Origin: Acidimicrobiales bacterium
GTDB lineage: Bacteria; Actinomycetota; Acidimicrobiia; Acidimicrobiales; Ilumatobacteraceae
Length of the DNA: 48,878 nucleotides
Direction of reading: 5' to 3'
Assembly: GCA_044871175.1 (NCBI GenBank)
Contig: JBIOZN010000056.1
Coordinates: 1 to 48,878, forward strand
Shown: in pieces, positions 47,251 through 48,878 of the stretch
Layout: every line of letters starts with the position of its first letter
How positions within the stretch are numbered: position 1 is the first letter of the stretch
Notes under the pieces: generated by a model
What the model was told of the DNA's origin: nothing
Databases searched by the model: none
Seen by the model: only the letters and a program-made list of their open reading frames with translations
Made by a program: the position numbers and the translations under genes

Positions 47251-47465
47251 TCGGGCGGCTCCTCGTCGAAGTACTCGACGGTGGCGGGGTCGGGATCGTG
47301 CGGCCGCACGTCGACCCCGGCGTACGCGGCCGCCACGGCGCACGAGCAGTCCCCGTAGGTGTCGCTCCACTCCCGGCCGCGGCGGACCAGGGAGGCACGG
47401 CACCAGCGGCACACGCCGAACAGGGCGACGTCGGGGGGCGTCGCCCGCCAGTTGATGTCGGTCAT
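47247..47465 (-). CDS. hypothetical Cys-rich small protein
   Basis: Trimmed to ATG 47465 (ATGA overlap). CRWC…CSC. Confidence 0.55.
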   Translation of the reverse strand: MTDINWRATPPDVALFGVCRWCRASLVRRGREWSDTYGDCSCAVAAAYAGVDVRPHDPDPATVEYFDEEPPE

Positions 47466-47974
47466 GCCCGCACCGCCTGGTAGACGCCGTTGCCGGTCCG
47501 CTCGATCAGGTGCTCGTTGGAGAGCCGGCGCAACGCCCGGCTCAGGCTGGAGGCGGGCGGTTCCCCGGCGACGGTCTTGATGACCTGGGTGGACACCGGT
47601 TCGCCGGCCAGGCGCAGATGATCGAGGATGCGGGTCGGCAGGCTCGGCATCTCCGGGGTCGGCGGCCACTCGCCCGTGGTCACCGTCGCGTCACTGGCGG
47701 CCTCCGGTGCGCCCGACTGGAGCAGGCGGAAGCTGCGGTCGGCGCCGGTGCCCAGCTTGGGGACCGTCCAGCCGGTCGTGGCGGCGTGGGCCCGGATGTA
47801 GTCGAGGCTGTCCAGCAGCTGGTTGCGGGTGATGCCAACAGCGGTGGCGAGGTCGGCGGCCGGGCCCGTGAACGGGCCGTTGGCCGCCAGGTAGTCGTGG
47901 ATGAGGGTGGCGTTCTGCTCGACCTTGGGGCCTGAGCGAACGGTGGTGGTAACGGTGGTCATGAGCCGAACCAT
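47462..47974 (-). CDS. winged-helix DNA-binding protein (two wHTH-like halves)
   Basis: …LATAVGITRNQLLDSLDYIR… and …SSLSRALRRLSNEHLIERTGNGVY. Start is ATG 47974 or ATG 47962. Confidence 0.65.
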   Translation of the reverse strand: MVRLMTTVTTTVRSGPKVEQNATLIHDYLAANGPFTGPAADLATAVGITRNQLLDSLDYIRAHAATTGWTVPKLGTGADRSFRLLQSGAPEAASDATVTTGEWPPTPEMPSLPTRILDHLRLAGEPVSTQVIKTVAGEPPASSLSRALRRLSNEHLIERTGNGVYQAVRA

Positions 47975-48069
47975 ATGAGGCGACCGGCCCTCCCGCTACG
48001 CTCCCTAGCGGAAGGGCCGTTGGGCCTACGAGCCCGACGCCACGCCGTCCAACTCCGGCAGCGCCGCGA

Positions 48070-48354
48070 TCAAGTCGGCCAGTTCCTCGTATCGGGCCAC
48101 GTCACCAGCGGCCACCGTGCGGGCGCGGCTGATCCTGGGTTGCTCAGGCCGGCGATGCCGCGACGGGCGAACTCACGGCAGGAAACCGCGCGGGTTTCCG
48201 CGCGGTTTCCTGCCGGCCGCCCGCCTCGGTCCTCGCGGGTGAAGGCGTAGACGAGCGCGGCGCGCTCCCACTCCTTGGCGACCAGGAGCCGGTCCAGGCC
48301 GGCCAGTCTTTCGGTGGCCTCGTCAAGCGAGGCGGGGATGGTGATGTTTGGCAT
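48070..48354 (-). CDS. HTH DNA-binding protein, probably carrying a 1-nt frameshift near 48125-48135 (true stop possibly TAG 48026)
   Basis: The N-terminus is good (MPNITIPASLDEATERLAGLDRLLVAKEWERAALVYAFT…EFARRGIAGLSNP). After AACCCAGG the -1/+2 frame looks more coding (RISRARTVAAGDVARYEELADLIAALPELDGVASGS*). Confidence 0.5.
   Translation of the reverse strand: MPNITIPASLDEATERLAGLDRLLVAKEWERAALVYAFTREDRGGRPAGNRAETRAVSCREFARRGIAGLSNPGSAAPARWPLVTWPDTRNWPT
48177..48214. repeat. 38-nt perfect palindrome (16-17-bp stem, 6-nt loop) inside a coding region
   Basis: GGCAGGAAACCGCGCG-GGTTTC-CGCGCGGTTTCCTGCC. C48176/G48215 extend the stem by one pair. Confidence 0.9.
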
Positions 48355-48420
48355 AGGCCGCGGACCATAACTCCGCCCGCTGCGCCCCCGCTACTGACCG
48401 TAGTGAACGAGCCGGACGGC

Positions 48421-48633
48421 CTACCCGGGTGTCCGCCGTTCGTCGCGCAGCACCTCGGCCTCGGCGGCGACGTGCTCGACCGCCCGCTTCTGCACGACCT
48501 CCCACGCCTCGATGTAGTCCTCCCACCCGGTGGTCGCGGTGGCGGCGAGCCGCACCACGGCGCAGAAGTGGAGCGCGTCGTCCAGCGCCACCCGGACGGC
48601 CCGCAGCCGTTCGGCGTTCGAGGGTTGGGCCAT
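48421..48633 (-). CDS. hypothetical protein
   Basis: Trimmed to ATG 48633 (GAAGGGAGGtagccac upstream). Confidence 0.65.
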   Translation of the reverse strand: MAQPSNAERLRAVRVALDDALHFCAVVRLAATATTGWEDYIEAWEVVQKRAVEHVAAEAEVLRDERRTPG

Positions 48634-48637
48634 GTGG

Positions 48638-48878
48638 CTACCTCCCTTCGGGGACGCGGCGGGCGTCGCGCAGCCGCCGCCGGACGTAGTCGCCAAGATC
48701 GGCGGCCGGTGAAGTGCCCTCATCCCGCATGAGCAGCTTGTACAGCCGCCACTCCTCCTCGGTGGTGTTGACCGAACGTTGCTTCTGCTGGATCGGCGCG
48801 CGTGCCGGTGGGGTCGCCGGTGGGGCCGCCGGTGGGGCCGTGCCGGGTTCCTCGGGGGGTGGCCCGTTCCGTAAATGA
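48638..48878 (-). CDS. ribbon-helix-helix-like small protein, partial (5' end beyond window end)
   Basis: The frame is open from the window edge to TAG 48638. …QQKQRSVNTTEEEWRLYKLLMRDEGTSPAADLGDYVRRRL… is RHH-like. Confidence 0.5.
   Translation of the reverse strand, partial: HLRNGPPPEEPGTAPPAAPPATPPARAPIQQKQRSVNTTEEEWRLYKLLMRDEGTSPAADLGDYVRRRLRDARRVPEGR
48804..48839. repeat. 3 x 12-bp tandem repeat (GCCGGTGGGGYC) encoding APPA/TPPA repeats
   Basis: Read directly from the sequence. Lies inside the partial CDS. Confidence 0.85.

Noticed and set aside
48023-48052. TTGGAC-N18-TAGGCC as the promoter of the wHTH gene 47462..47974.
   Set aside because: The spacing is good. However, the -10 lacks the invariant final T and the element is unrelated to the conserved promoter family. 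It is mentioned only in the frameshift finding.
48177-48214. The 38-nt palindrome as an inserted element whose excision restores the downstream reading frame.
   Set aside because: 38 is 2 mod 3, as the frame restoration would need. However, precise removal creates CGG CCG TGA, an immediate stop. The frame problem is better explained by a 1-nt indel in the CCC run further downstream.
1-48878. The window as a complete circularly permuted genome, with the end joining the start.
   Set aside because: - The partial minus-strand ORF leaving at position 1 does not continue in frame into the partial RHH-like ORF entering at 48878.
- No replication genes are present.
- This is more likely a slice of a larger sequence.

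Overview
Very GC-rich (by eye about 70% G+C, not computed), gene-dense segment of an actinobacteriophage-type (siphovirus-like) genome or prophage. Genes are cut at both window edges. I support about 85 CDS, all but five on the minus strand, mostly chained by 4-nt NTGA stop/start overlaps. I used those overlaps, SD motifs and third-position G/C bias to trim the many over-long ORFs in the track.

Minus-strand layout, high to low coordinate:
- Small early/regulatory genes (48.9-45.7 kb).
- Lysis cassette: amidase plus holin-like protein.
- HNH endonuclease and a membrane-anchored transglycosylase.
- A ~9.5 kb enzyme island: ParB-like, 2OG-Fe(II) dioxygenase, P-loop kinase, HhH-fold aGPT-Pplase-like protein, Asp/Asn-hydroxylase-like cupin, amidoligase, class-II GATase, DUF932-like, GGCT, WhiB, MerR. 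I read this as a candidate DNA (thymidine) hypermodification system.
- A plus-strand terminase operon (30.4-32.3 kb).
- A virion module in non-canonical order: capsid-like genes, adaptor, -1 frameshifted tail chaperones, Cys-rich minor tail proteins, collagen-like fibre, three-domain tail lysin, CxC-x5-CxC fibre paralogs, portal, protease, tape measure.
- An Rpf-like lipoprotein.

Non-coding highlights:
- A ~700-bp phase-locked degenerate pentanucleotide array (CCNNG)n that is open in all six frames.
- Six near-identical sigma70-type promoters plus partial copies.
- A recurrent CCCCTACCC leader motif.
- A ~245-nt structured leader.
- Several strong hairpins.

No tRNA, rRNA, CRISPR array, integrase or replication genes were recognised. 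All functional calls rest on motif recognition by eye, not on database searches.
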